In this document: positions 25,273 to 37,964 of the stretch, piece by piece
Numbering within the stretch: position 1 is the first letter of the stretch
Layout: the number at the start of each line of letters is the position of its first letter
From: Lophium mytilinum
Taxonomy: Eukaryota
NCBI GenBank assembly: GCA_010093605.1
Contig: MU004195.1
Coordinates: forward strand, 1,317,566-1,381,565
Length of the DNA stretch: 64,000 nucleotides
Direction: 5' to 3'
Translations under genes and position numbers: made by a program
The notes under the pieces: model-generated
What the model was told of the DNA's origin: nothing
The model's input: only the letters and a program-made list of their open reading frames with translations
The model's database searches: none

Positions 25273-28200
25273 ATGGAAGCTCCGGCGGTGGAGGTCATCG
25301 CCTCGACCGAAGTGCCTTCCGCGCACGATGAACACCATGACGACCTCCCAACCTCCAAACCGGCTCTAACGCCACCGACGAGCGAGGACATGGACAAGAG
25401 GGGGCGGTCGTCGTCTGAGCTCTCTGAGCTTTCAGACGAGGAGGATGAGGAGGATATCGAGCCCGATCATTACTTTGAGGGTGGGAAGATACCTGTGTTC
25501 AAGCCGGTACGTCGCATTCACGTTTCGAGGGCACGCGGTATCTTGCTTGGCGGCCTCCATGGCTGCTGGACTCGAGTCGCATAACTGGGTAAATGCTAAT
25601 TATCGATCATTACAGACTATGGATCAATTTCGAAGCTTCAAGAAGTTCATTGATCGGATTGATAAACATGGGATGAAGTCGGGCATCGTCAAGGTTATTC
25701 CGCCCAAAGAATGGTCAGTGCAAGCTACCCTAATCTATACTGAACAACCACTGACTTAAGACCAAACCACAGGCGCGGCTCCCTTCCCGACCTAAAAGAA
25801 GCTGTCAAATCTATCAGAGTCAAGAATCCGATCACACAGGAATTTGCTGGCCAGCATGGAATATATACCCAGCAAAACATGGAGAAGCAGCGCTCATACA
25901 GTCTGCCTGAGTGGAAGTCGTTGACACTGGAACACCATCATCAGCCGCCGGCCAAGCGCGGAGAGCGACGACGTGGACAAGAGACGGTTGCGGCTCGTCG
26001 AGTTAGCAAGGCCAATCCAGCATCTAGTCCCTCGCCTTCTACTACGCCGTCCGATACACCCAGGCGTGGACCAGGGCGACCTCGAAAGAAGCCACTCAAG
26101 CAACAGGAAGAAGATGGTTCTGACAAAGAGGTCGAAATGAGCGTTCCACCAACCCCGACTTCGCCCTCAAGGGAGGAAGAACCTCAGAAGCCGAAGAAGG
26201 TAGTTAAGATCAAGGAAGAGACTACTCCGTCCAAGCCCAAAGGACGCCAGCCTCGGACGGTCTCATCTCGGAGGAGAAACAATCAAAACGAGATGACTAC
26301 TGTGGTTGATGAAGAGGCCTTCAAGAATTTCAACCACCGTCTAGAGACTGTGGACCAATTTACGCCGGAGCGATGCCATGAGCTTGAAGATAACTACTGG
26401 AGGACAATCAATTATGGCCAACCCATGTATGGAGCTGACATGCCTGGGTCGCTGTTCGATGATCGGACTAAGAGCTGGAATGTAGCGAAATTAGAGAACT
26501 TGCTCGACGTTCTTGGCACCAAGGTTCCCGGAGTCAACACTGCATATCTTTACTTGGGAATGTGGAAGGCTACTTTCGCGTGGCATCTTGAAGATATGGA
26601 TCTCTACAGCATCAACTACATCCATTTTGGAGCTCCGAAGCAATGGTACAGCATCTCACAGGAGGATGCAAGACGATTTGAGGCTGCCATGAAGAGTAAG
26701 CATTTGTGCTCTGTTTCCGTTGTTCTATGCTAACCTGATAATAGGTATTTGGCCAAACGATGCAAAGAACTGCTCTCAGTTCCTTCGACACAAGACATAT
26801 CTCATCTCACCCGCTCAGTTGGAAAAGCAGTTCAATATTAAAGTGAACCGGCTGGTCCATTATGAAGGTGAATTCGTCATCACCTACCCCTACGGGTACC
26901 ATTCCGGATACAACCTTGGCTACAACTGTGCGGAGTCTGTAAACTTTGCAAACGAAGCTTGGTTGAACTATGGAAAAATTGCCAAGAAGTGCGAATGCGA
27001 ACTCGACAGTGTATGGGTGGAAGTGGCCGAGATCGAACGCAAACTCAGAGGTGAACCAACTCCGGAGTACTATGAAGAAACCGATGACGATGATGAAGAT
27101 ATGGACGATGGCCTGAGCAATCTCCCGAGCCCGCCCGCAAGTGTCGCTGGAAAGGCCAAGGCGCCGGCACGCAAGAGGAAGCGGCCTACAGCAGCCGACA
27201 AGAAAGGGGAGCCCCCCAAAAAGAAACGCCTCAAGCTCCTCCTCAAACCACGAGAAACACCTTGTATTCTGTGTCCAAATGACCCTGCATTCGATGAGAT
27301 TCTCCCTACCGACAATGGCCTGAAAGCTCACAGGCTCTGCGCTGAGTATACGCCGGAGACGTTCCTCAGCGAGGGACCAAATCCGGTGGTCTGCGGTGTG
27401 TCGAAAATCAACAAAGCTCGTCTGGAGCTACGATGCAACTATTGTCGCTCTAAGCGTGGCGCGGTCTTCCAATGTTCCGCGAAGAAGTGCGCGAGAGCCT
27501 TTCATGCTACTTGTGCTCCTGCAGCTGGTATTCAGGTCGATATCGGTCCAATGCCCACTTTCGATGAAGAGGGTACTGAATACTACTATGACGGATACGA
27601 CTTTCGATGCAGGTTCCACCGGCCGAAGAAGAGGAGTGCAAAACTTGTCGATGGCGATACCCTGGAGAACGACAAACTCATCCAGGAATACGCGAGAGGC
27701 CTCAAGCCGAAAGATGTCGTACAGGTGCAGTACTGTTTCACTGATCAGAGTCAGATCTTTGCCGGCGTTGTCGTGGAGAACCGACCTGCTGAGTGGACTG
27801 TCGTTATAGACGTGCTACCTGAAGCTCAAGGGGACCGCGTAGAGATTGAGTGGAAGTACCTCCTCCATCTGGATCCAGCGGATTCGCAGCGACCGAAACC
27901 TTCTGCCAATGCGATACCCATTCCTGTTCATCTCAAGGAGAGCGACGCCTCCCTCAACATCTCTAATCGGACCGACGGTATCCCAGAGATGGGCGATCCA
28001 TTCCAAGATGCCAATGCGGAGCAGAAATGGGCAGAACTCGTTACTCAGGACGTTCGCCATCCGAGCCAAGCTAAAGTCAATCTTGACAAGGAGAATCAAC
28101 TATGGTATTATCTTGGCGCTACTTCGACAGAGGCTAGGGCACAATACACTGAGGATTTGGCGAAACCGCGACAAAATACGAAGGCAAACTTCTTGGACAC

Positions 28201-29553
28201 GGTCAAACCGGCACCGGCCCTTCCGCCTCCCGCAGCCCCACGACGTTCTTATCCTGCTTCGTATCCCGTCAAGCCCGCGCCCCAGACACAGCCCCAGAAC
28301 TCCCAGAATCGGAGCCCCGTCAGGCCTTACCAATACAAGCCGAGGGCAGACCAGTATGGAAATCCCGTTCCGACGACTAATTACAACTACCCCTCGGATC
28401 AGTACAGGTACCCGCCAAATGGTCCAACACCTTACGATAGCAGGGCTACGGTTCCTCAGTATGGATACCCGTACAACAATGGCTATCCTCAGCCTTCTCC
28501 AACCCCTCAGTATCACTCACATTTCTCGCCTGGGACTACCTTCGTTTCAGGTGCACGCCCAGTGCAAGAAGTGCGAGGCAACCAATTCCCACGGTCTAGC
28601 CATTCTCCTCATAACTCCTATTACCAAACCGCGGCTCCACCGATACCACAGTATTCTCATTACCAGAATTACTATCCGCAACCACCTACTCAAACCGCTG
28701 GGCTACAGCAACCACCGCCGCGCAGTGTGGCTCCTGTGGCTAATATGATGGGCTCCAGTGCAGCAGCGTCATCGAAACCCCAACCTACGTATGCGACCAA
28801 TCCCTGCTCTCCGTCTTCTCGTCCTTCATTGCCCGCACCCTATCAGAGTAGCTACGCCAACTATGATATGAGGTATCCCTTCTTCCTTAATTGCTTCTTA
28901 CATGAAAAATACTGACATCTCACCCAAATAGTTCCAACAGCGGACACTCTTCTGATTGGAAGCCGATCCAGTCAGCCCACTCCAAGCTTCCGCCCCTGCC
29001 CGTCGGGCCTCCCTCGCAGCCTTCGCAGCCCACTCTTTATCGGCCTCCTAGCTTGAATATGGGTTCCAAACCACTCAATTTCGGTAGTGACGGGTCGCCA
29101 GCGACGCAAGCTGCAGCCCCTGCACCTCCAACTCATCGGCCTGCGTTGCAATTTCAGACTCCACAACAGTTTCAACAAGACATAGCACAGCAAGCTCCAG
29201 TATTGCCGAAACTCGACTATTTCAAGGGGCTGGGTAAAGATCAGGCGTCGCCATCTGGTGCGCCAGACGTTGCCCCTACTGGAACTTCAATTGCGCCCAA
29301 GCCTCAACCACAGCAACGACCACCTACTTGGGCAGGGCAAAATGCAAACGGTGGCCCCATGCAGGAGCCGCCTAGGCCAATTCCGAGCCCCATTAGCGAC
29401 ACGTCGAGGAGCCCTCCACATCCGTCTCAGCTACCTCAGCCACTCCCACAGAAACAGCCTGAGTACATTCCCCCGCAGAGGCCGCAACTGCCCATGCCGG
29501 TGCCACAACTCCCAATGTCGACTCCGGCTGGTGAGACATGGAGGTACTCTTAG
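25273..29553 (+). CDS. RPH1: JmjN/JmjC histone demethylase, KDM4 family (Rph1/KdmA), with PHD-like zinc finger
   Basis: JmjN IPVFKP|TMDQFRSF..SGIVKVIPPKEW; JmjC PGVNTAYLYLGMWKATFAWHLEDMDLYSINY and YPYGYHSGYN with intact Fe ligands; AT-hook-like GPGRPRKK; C-terminal Cys/His cluster; several introns. Confidence 0.92.
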
Positions 29554-30297
29554 AGGCTCCTGGTGAATGTCAACGAAGCAACATGAACGGTAATGGTAAT
29601 GGTTATGATGACGGATGGGCGGCACATGTATGAGTAGCAACATCATTCTTACTCGCCACCGGCGTTGGGATCTTCGGTGTTTTACTCGATCGTTTTGGAC
29701 GGCGTGATACGTCGCCAGACCGACTCTAGCTTATGGCCAGATATATTTCCCTTTACTTGCTCTGTTTTCTCGCTTTGCTGACTGTCGTTTCTATTTACGG
29801 GTTTGGTGTCTTCAAATGGGAATACCAGTGGCCAGTGGTGGTCCCATTGGGGTGGGTGGCGTCTTACTTGAGGGATTGGGGTCGAGAAGATGGGTACATA
29901 TCCCGAGGTTCTTTCATGGAACTCTCCTCCAAAGGTTTTATGCGCTGCGGTGTACAACAATTGCAGTCTGCGATCTTGTGCTAGAAGGGCGGCTTTTGCC
30001 AGCTTCTTAATGGATGGTACATAGGGAACTCGGAGTTCCCATCGTGGAGATAGCAATGCAAACGTTTGCTTTGTGGATGGAATTGGTCTTTGCTTGAGAT
30101 ATGCCTTTTGAATTCTGTGATGGGGCTTGAGGCTGAACAGCAAGTCGAGTTCGTGCTAATGCAGATGAGTGGCTGCCCCTTTGTAGCGGTAATGAGCCAG
30201 GTTGGACTGTTTCCATAGGGATGATGTTGGCAGGCAGTGTTAAATGAGACGTAGAAGTAGGGGTTAGTCGTTGCATTTCGTACTCCTTTTGGCAGGG

Positions 30298-30520
30298 TAT
30301 TGACAAAGCGTCTATATTGGCCCACAGGAAGAGGACCATTTTGGCACCGTTGAGATGTATGAAGTGGAGCCAGTCCGTGCGATTTGGTCTCGATTTCAGC
30401 GTATTATTGACAGAGCGTCTATATCAGCTCACAAAAAGAGGATTGTTTGGCATCATTGAGATGTATGAAGTGGAGCCAATCCGTGCGATTTGGACTCGGT
30501 TTCAGTATATTATTGACAAG
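30298..30520. repeat. Tandem direct repeat, ~106-bp unit, ~2.1 copies
   Basis: TGAGATGTATGAAGTGGAGCCA.TCCGTGCGATTTGG at 30351 and 30457; TATTGAC at 30298, 30405 and 30511. Confidence 0.85.
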
Positions 30521-31376
30521 GCTCGTAAACTAGACTGCGAAATTAGAGTAATGTCGTGGTATTTATACCAAACGGAGCGAGTCCGACACTTAACTTTTAA
30601 GACAATCCAAGCAAGCAAACATCCCAAATATAAGATCGTTGTCTTCCCCACAATCTGACACTTAACGTCATTGCAACTCGTACTAGGGGTACCATTTGAT
30701 GTTGCATTCTTGAGCGAAGATGATGCCCCATGGCTTCATCACTTCTGATTCGCTCATCACACCCCTCCACGACCCACGCACGATCCTCATTGTAAACAAA
30801 CATCGGACGGCATTTACTCAGACAAGACCCCTCATACACGAACATATCTTTACCTTGAACGCGCCGCGCGCCTCATCGCGGCTCCAACAATGCGCCTACC
30901 TCTATCGCCATCACAATGTACGAGCATATCTTCAGCTGCGCATCCGTTGTCTCCGTCTGGAAGAACCTACGAGCTGGACCAGGACAGGATGGGCTAGTCG
31001 TGACTTTTCAGTACCCACGAGGAACAGGCGTAACACCTGCCACAAATACAAGCGGGATTATTGGGAAACTTGGAGGGGTGGGAAAGTCTGGAGGTGCAGA
31101 GGGGACTATCAAGGCGAGCCAGATCGGGCTGATTGTGCCGTGGCGAAGTTTAAGAGAGCAGGAGAAGCAGGCGAAAGAGAGGGAGAGGGAGATCGCCGAG
31201 TGTGTCGTCAGGCTTGTTGGGGAGGTGGGATTTGAAGGTTTGTGGACACATTGGAGACTTCATGCGCCTCACTGACACGACCCTGAATCGCAGAGCTTCC
31301 CCCTTCTCTCCAAAACTCCGCGTCCTCGAACCCATATATCCAGATTCGCCACATCGCACCCGGTATATCGCGCCAG

Positions 31377-32051
31377 ATGAGCAGAGTAGAATGCGCGATG
31401 ATGGATAACGCGCCGTATGCGCGTGGCAAGAATCTACATACGGGTGGTGAGATTGTACGCAAATTTCTGCCTTCGATCACTGCGCTTTTCCGACAGGATC
31501 CAGCTCCCAGGCGCATGACTTTTGAGTTGCTCGTTGAGTTGAAGGATATCGTCCTCTTCGGGACCGCGTGCGCGGACAGGGAACTCGTGGAAGATGATTT
31601 GAACGGATACACAAGTTTTGAAGAGGTGGATGAGGCTTTGGCAAGATCACTTGGAGAGAGTGCAAAGGAGAGATGGCTGGATGATGAAGAGGAAATACTA
31701 TATCATTTGGAGAGCTTCGAGACGACGGCCGAGGCTATGAAGAGGCCAGGGGTGGATGACTTCTGTGCGAAGGCTATTATTACGCTGAAACGAATGGTCG
31801 ATCGACGAACGCTGTTTGAGTTTGCGCAGGAGAAGAAGAAGAGGGATGGGAGGTGCGGGGAGTACTCGAGATGTATGAAGTGGGCAGGTACAGCGTGGAA
31901 GCAGGGCGGCGGGTGCAGGAGAGGGTGTAAGAATGAAGATGAGGATCCGGAGGGGTTGCCCAGTTGGCATTCGAGCAGTAGGCATTTTGTGAAAAGCGGA
32001 ATGATCTCTATGAGCAATGGGGGCCCGGGCACGAAGAGACTAGGTTCTTAG
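31377..32051 (+). CDS. Hypothetical protein (possibly 3' part of a degenerate gene starting near 30.9 kb)
   Basis: 224-aa ORF with protein-like charged helical composition; no recognised family. Confidence 0.35.
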   Translation: MSRVECAMMDNAPYARGKNLHTGGEIVRKFLPSITALFRQDPAPRRMTFELLVELKDIVLFGTACADRELVEDDLNGYTSFEEVDEALARSLGESAKERWLDDEEEILYHLESFETTAEAMKRPGVDDFCAKAIITLKRMVDRRTLFEFAQEKKKRDGRCGEYSRCMKWAGTAWKQGGGCRRGCKNEDEDPEGLPSWHSSSRHFVKSGMISMSNGGPGTKRLGS

Positions 32052-33638
32052 GGGTGAGAAAAGGCTGGAAATGTTTGCTGGAGTTTTGGGATTGGTATAC
32101 CCTTTTGTATTCGACTGTCTTTTCTTTTGTCACACTCTTCAAGTCGCGCCACGAGCTTACTTGTCCTCTAGCAAGGAGTACACAATGCCTTCTTGTAGCT
32201 ATCTGTATACTTTCTACCATGCTACGATTTCTGGTACCACATGGTGATATCCAAGGTCACGGCCATACGAAGGTCAGCATTTTGAAGAGACAGCAAATCG
32301 CGTCGTTATCCCAATAGTTAGGAAAGGACACGCACAACTCAGAACTCTAGTTTTACCCCCTCGCCTTCTACCAACACCTAGTTACAGCTCTACACGAACT
32401 GACGGGAAGTTGATGATTATCCAGGACAAGGCTCTGTAGAAGGCAGTGACTTCCGAAGCCGTTCTACTCATGATTACTTCCGCCTTTCCTTCATCTCAGC
32501 TCCGTCTTCATCAGGTCACCGTCGTATTCTCCGTCGCCGTCATTTCCTACATCGCCACCTTCGTTTCTGCCTATTTCCGTTCCTGCATCACGTTCCCCAT
32601 CTCTATCTCCGTATGCGTCAAGTTCTACATCTTCTTTGTGTTCTTTACGCCACTAAGTTCTGTCCATGACTGCTAAACATCAAAGGTCGTGGGCTATATA
32701 CGGTCACTTGTCATTTCTGCGACTGTGGTGTGGCAGCCTAATCTGATTTCTGTCCCTTCGCCTTTCGGAGAGATGCCTTGGGCCTATTGAGTATACGACG
32801 AAGCATCGCCAAATTTGCAATTCTCAGACCGAATGCATCTAGAAAGTTTCGCCATTATCCGAACGCTCCTAAAGTGGCCAGTGCTTCCAAGGACCATAGC
32901 ATTTTCTACCTTCTCGCCACATTTGCAAATTGCACGAGTCTTTCAACGATCCCGATAGCCATAACAAACTCTAAACCCATGAGGATATAAATCACTCGTC
33001 TACGCCATCGTCCTATGTGAGGCATGCCTAGCTGCGCCAGCCTCGTGGGGAGTAGTAAAATCCAGAATATGACGAAAATGAATGCTACAAACGCCAGTAG
33101 ATTGAGCTCTTAGGGGTGCTGAACTTTTCGAAAATGGCGTATTGCCTTGTAGATCAACCTCAGTTTCCTACGGAGATCATCGAGTCTGATTTCGACGTCT
33201 GCGGCATTCTGGATGGGTTGTTGTTCTGGGCGGAGCTTGACGAACAGATTTGCTCTAGGTTTTGAGCGGGAAGCAGGGATGGATACAGGAAGTAGTCAGT
33301 GAGTGGTCAGTGAGTGTTTTATATCAAGCCGATTCCGCCTTGATATGTTTGTTATGCTAACAATAAGCAATACTAGGATGATCTAATGAATTCTGGAAGA
33401 ATGTCCACTCTCCGATGCCCGTCGAACCAGTTCAATAGCTTGCTAGATGACTACCCCAGCAGCCGAACGCCTCGAAAACCTATGTCTAATCGATAGTGAA
33501 CTCCGTGCCCCTGGCCGCTCGCCTTCACGAGGTAAGTCTAGTAGTAATACTCAAAATTTAGCGTGAATTCATCCGAGTGGGCAACACATACTTACTTTTT
33601 GGGGTAACCGACCGGTTGTCTTGCAAAGCAGTGACCGA

Positions 33639-33977
33639 CTACGAACTCCACGAGCCCACGCCCCAGCTGCGTGATCCACCGCCCGAGGATTCTTCGCCAT
33701 ATCGGTCTTCTGCGCCGCGCCATTTCTTTGAATTCGGTCTACCAGTAGGGGCTGTACGGTCTTCGCTCTCGCTAGAGCCGGCCTGGGAGTAGCGCGGGGC
33801 GCGGGTGTTGCCTGGAATACGCCGACTGATCGCTGTATACGGGTTGACTACGTATCCGTCATTTGCACTCATCCAGAGCCAAATGACGATCAATGTCACC
33901 CCGACAAGAATGAACGGGAAACAAAAGACGGCTAGTTCTTCTCCAGCCGAGCCTGAGCCGAGCCAGGATGGTGCCAT
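33639..33977 (-). CDS. Orphan single-TM small protein
   Basis: CAACAGCATGG start context, TATAAATA at 34090-34083, one hydrophobic helix LAVFCFPFILVGVTLIVIWLWM. Confidence 0.5.
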   Translation of the reverse strand: MAPSWLGSGSAGEELAVFCFPFILVGVTLIVIWLWMSANDGYVVNPYTAISRRIPGNTRAPRYSQAGSSESEDRTAPTGRPNSKKWRGAEDRYGEESSGGGSRSWGVGSWSS

Positions 33978-34297
33978 GCTGTTGAGTTATTGAATTGAGT
34001 GCATGCGCTGCCCTTTTCGGTGGGCTGGGCTTGCGGTTGTTGCTCTAGGGAAGTTATAGAACAAGGAGATTATGTTTGGGGGTATTTATAGGCGACTGTT
34101 GTGAAGATGGTGAATCTGTTGCCGAACTAAACTTACCAAGAGCTTCCATATCTACCCAACTCTTACCCCGATACAAAGCCACAACATTCATTCATTCATT
34201 TCAGACTGCTCAGTTCCACCATATTCCATATACTCCTATCCCCGCGCCCTGTTCGAGTTCCAGTCAGTATACGTTCGGCATGGTCGACTAGCTTGAC

Positions 34298-34852
34298 ATG
34301 TTCGAGGACGTGAAGGAGCTACAGGTGGCCATCGCAGGTCTCCTGGTTACTGCATGTCTACTCAGCCATCCAGGACTTTGCAAAGCCATCATTGGTTTCC
34401 TCGCTGCAGTCATCGACAAGACGATTCTCGCAGTCCAGTCTGTCATTCTCATTCTCTTTACCATAATAGCGTTTCTGGCTACTATCGGCATCCTCCAAGT
34501 CACTCTTATAGTCGTCGCCTCTATTGGCTTCGTCGTCTTTGTTGCGCTTGCCGCCCTCGCCGCTCTCTCGCTGATACTCATTTTCCTCTGCATCATCGCC
34601 AACTTTGGGTCCGGCCATTTCCCACATCAGGCCACACACAGGCTTCCGGAAAAGTCCTTACCTAACGACTACTACAACAGCTTGGTCATCTCCGAGTCTC
34701 CACGGGTCGAGTTTATGTCCTTAGACTCCCGCAAGTACAAGCAGAGCAAGCTCCAGAAGTTCCACGAAAAACACATGCATCTGCCTTTAGGAACCTACGC
34801 ACCTGTCGAAGTCAAGAAAACGAGAGACCAGTCTGATAAGATCTCCAAATGA
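34298..34852 (+). CDS. Orphan multi-TM membrane protein
   Basis: 184-aa ORF with an ~80-residue highly hydrophobic stretch and basic tail; pyrimidine-rich leader. Confidence 0.5.
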   Translation: MFEDVKELQVAIAGLLVTACLLSHPGLCKAIIGFLAAVIDKTILAVQSVILILFTIIAFLATIGILQVTLIVVASIGFVVFVALAALAALSLILIFLCIIANFGSGHFPHQATHRLPEKSLPNDYYNSLVISESPRVEFMSLDSRKYKQSKLQKFHEKHMHLPLGTYAPVEVKKTRDQSDKISK

Positions 34853-35654
34853 AGGGTCGATGATTGAGCCTCTCCTCTCCTAGTTGTTGCGAGGCTAACC
34901 TTGATGCTTTAGATTAACGGCGCCCCGAAATGTTTTCGAAGTTATGATCTCTCGCGGGTTCGACCAGACGATGTTCAAAAGGAGATGTCACACACGATAC
35001 CAAGGAGAGAAGCCGTGCAACGGTTCAATTTCAAAGGCGCATATTTCACGTGGTTGGTGATTGTTTTATCAATGAAGAGTAGCCTTGGGAATAGAACAGG
35101 GGAGGTCTACTTGATTCATCATGCGGTGGGAACGAGAGCCATACGAGACGCGAAGCTACTTCCACACTGGGCATTGGGGGCTCAATGCAAGAGCTATCCG
35201 GGTGGGCATTCGTTGAACTTTTGATTTTCTTACCACGAGATAAGTAGCTCTTTGTGATGAAGATAAGCTTTCTAGACCACTTTTCAGCATAGGCCATGCG
35301 AAAAGCCGTGAAATGGTGAGACTGGGTATTGTTGTGTCCGTCCTTACAAGGGCGCGGATAGCATACTGTTGATCATCACCGACAGCCTAAAGCTCTTTCT
35401 GGCATGAACCTGGTGAGAATGAGTACCTAGGAAGGTACCGGACGGTTCAGACTCACTCCTTCATCGCCCTCTCATACTGTCTTAACACTTCGATTCCACT
35501 ACAAACACTCTTCTTCTATTCACCGCCACCAGTTTAACCCATATTCTTTCGTTTGCCGTCGCTACCTTAGTGCGTACCCTCGTAAAGCACCTCAGCCTCG
35601 AGTCGTGCCGTCAATTCAACGAGTCATTGGTATCCTCAGTCCAAGGATCTCACG

Positions 35655-36320
35655 ATGTCGGAACTCTCCATCTCGAGGAACGGTTCCTATCCAACAGACT
35701 GGGGTTTAGCGATTCTTTACTTTCCGGCCAGCATTGGGATGATCCGAGCATACATCTATAACCAACTGGCTAGGACCTTTTACATCGTGTCTTTCATCTG
35801 GATCCTCAGGGCGAACAATTTCCATTGGACTACATTCCTTTGGGTTTTTCAGGCATCACTGTTTATGGCCGTGTTTATCAGTGAGATGCTTTGGCTCCTC
35901 CTCGCCGTCGCCCTTCTCTTGTACGTTTGGAGGACGTGCGGGATTCTTATCAAGATCTTCAGTGACCCCAGGTCTTGGTTCAATTGGTTTCTCACAACTC
36001 TTGCGCTCTTTTGGTACCCCCAGCTCTGGTACTATTGGGATGTCACAACTCTTGGGCCCTGGTCCAATTGGCTGCTCACAACTCTTGGGCCCTGGTGCAA
36101 TTGGTTGCTCACAACTCTTGAACCCTTGAGACACCCCTCGTCCTGGTACAACTGGTCTCTCACAGCTTTGGAATCCTTGAAACCTCTGGGCAGGTTTTCG
36201 ATGGATGTAATAATGTTTTTATTGCATCTATATATGTTCGGCATGGTGGTTTCAGCGTTTTGGGCGCTCGGAGAGAATTATGAAAAGAGTCTAGCACACA
36301 CAGGATGGGATTTTAGCTGA
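35655..36320 (+). CDS. Orphan Trp-rich membrane protein with internal 11-aa repeats
   Basis: 221-aa ORF, several TM-like segments, repeats WxNWxLTTLxP; CT-rich leader. Confidence 0.55.
   Translation: MSELSISRNGSYPTDWGLAILYFPASIGMIRAYIYNQLARTFYIVSFIWILRANNFHWTTFLWVFQASLFMAVFISEMLWLLLAVALLLYVWRTCGILIKIFSDPRSWFNWFLTTLALFWYPQLWYYWDVTTLGPWSNWLLTTLGPWCNWLLTTLEPLRHPSSWYNWSLTALESLKPLGRFSMDVIMFLLHLYMFGMVVSAFWALGENYEKSLAHTGWDFS
35976..36177 (+). repeat. 33-bp coding tandem repeat (TGGTNCAATTGGNNNCTCACAACTCTTGGGCCC), 5 related units
   Basis: CACAACTCTTG recurs four times plus one diverged copy, all in frame. Confidence 0.85.
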
Positions 36321-37256
36321 TAGTTGATCGAGATTGGTATGGATCTCCCCTTCATAACGTGCAATTTGTTAACCAAATATACAGGTGGGCCAATCGTCTC
36401 CCTTCCGAAGATTGAAACTTCTCAGCGTCGCAACCACTTCAAGCTTCCTCCATTCCTGGCATTTAGGTTTCTTGGTGCTTTCATACCCTAGGAGCACTAT
36501 TCGCAGTCTTATTTGCTTTTCCGGCTCACGTTCGGCTGAATTTCTACATCCACACTTAGTGTCTCCATCGTTCTATCGAAGCTGTGTTGAAGTCCAGTCC
36601 TCGGGTTCACGAGCCTCTCTTTATTGGTACACGTCCAGAAATGGTTCGACAGCACGACACCCACGATCACGAAGACGAACTAGAGTTTGCGGTCGTTCCC
36701 AGAGTCTGCGTTTCGTTTATTAAGACAGTTCATAATCGTTGTTTCCCTTAAGTTTATTTTTCCCTAGGAGGTGACTGAGAAGGAGTCCCGCGGGTTTTAG
36801 CATAGCCACACGTTGAAAATACCCAGCACTCTGTGTATTGCTTTCTGTTTGCTTCTCAAGCGTTAAACCTTGTCTTTATGAATGCTTCATTTTGTCTTCT
36901 TTTGCGTACTACTTGGGTTGTTTGTCGATTGGTCTCCTTACTATAGGTGTGAAGCTGTCTTTGGAGCTAATTAGTTCATCATCAGGAAGACATTCTTGCC
37001 CATATGATCAGCAGAGGAATCAAGCGTTCATGGGAGGACCCACGTGGTTTGGTAGTAGCCATTCACTCATTCGCCGCGACTAGTCTTCGCGATCAAGCGC
37101 TTTCCTTTCAGAGACAAACACTTGGACAACCTCTGAACATTCTAAAGCTCTTCCAAAAGCACCCTCACCACCCCAAATTCGGTGTACCTCATCCACACAC
37201 GCACGATTGCTAGATATCCGGTGAACAGAATATCAAGCTTGAAGGGCCGCCTCGAG

Positions 37257-37964
37257 ATGTTGCTCGTGTTCTTTCTCTGCCTTGTCCTAATCGGAATCCG
37301 CGTCTTCCATGGATTTCCCCTCGCTTTCTCCATTTCCTTTACTTCATTCGCATTCTGCGAACTCCTACGAAGTAGCATCTTCGCCGTCCGCAAGTTCATA
37401 CAACGCATCTTTGCGAAACCCGCTACCACCGCACAGGCTCCTACGCCTACAACCGTTACGAACGATGACGCGCTGGCCGCAACAAAAGGAAATCAAGGGA
37501 CATTTCCTCTCCAAAGCTTCAAAGACATAGGCGATACCTTCGCCCTCTTCTGCCTAGCCCTCTCAATCGTTCAGTCCTTCATCTGGCTATACAAGTTGGA
37601 CCGCGACTACCTGCAGCCTTTCTACACCAGCCCTGACAAGCACTATCCCGTCCTCGACGTCGTCGAGCGTGCGTACGATCTCCCAGTGTTCCACTTCTTC
37701 GACCACCTCGGCGCCATCATCTTCTTCGCTATTATAGCTTTCCTCGCCTATCGCCACGTAGAGGGGAATCCCTGGCAGCCGTACCTACAGGCTCAAGAAC
37801 GGCCACGCGAGTTGGATGAACGGGGCTTGGTGGATCCTCTACGGCAACAATATGAGGATTTTAAGCTTAGTCGCTCGCTTGCTGCGCAGAAGCGCCGTAA
37901 TGTCTATCGGTACCCCAAGACTGATTTTCGAGACGAGCCGTGGTATGAGTACCATGGTGTTTGA
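37257..37964 (+). CDS. Orphan membrane protein (3-4 hydrophobic segments)
   Basis: First ATG at 37257 within the 37182-37964 ORF; hydrophobic segments MLLVFFLCLVLIGI, FALFCLALSIVQSFIWLY, LGAIIFFAIIAFLAY. Confidence 0.5.
   Translation: MLLVFFLCLVLIGIRVFHGFPLAFSISFTSFAFCELLRSSIFAVRKFIQRIFAKPATTAQAPTPTTVTNDDALAATKGNQGTFPLQSFKDIGDTFALFCLALSIVQSFIWLYKLDRDYLQPFYTSPDKHYPVLDVVERAYDLPVFHFFDHLGAIIFFAIIAFLAYRHVEGNPWQPYLQAQERPRELDERGLVDPLRQQYEDFKLSRSLAAQKRRNVYRYPKTDFRDEPWYEYHGV

Noticed and set aside
32440..33300. Acidic coding-like sequence on the minus strand
   Set aside because: Interrupted by stops, no recognisable family; probably a decayed gene that cannot be modelled.
35976..36177. CRISPR-like array (33-bp periodicity)
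   Set aside because: Eukaryotic context, contiguous in-frame coding repeats and no unique spacers.
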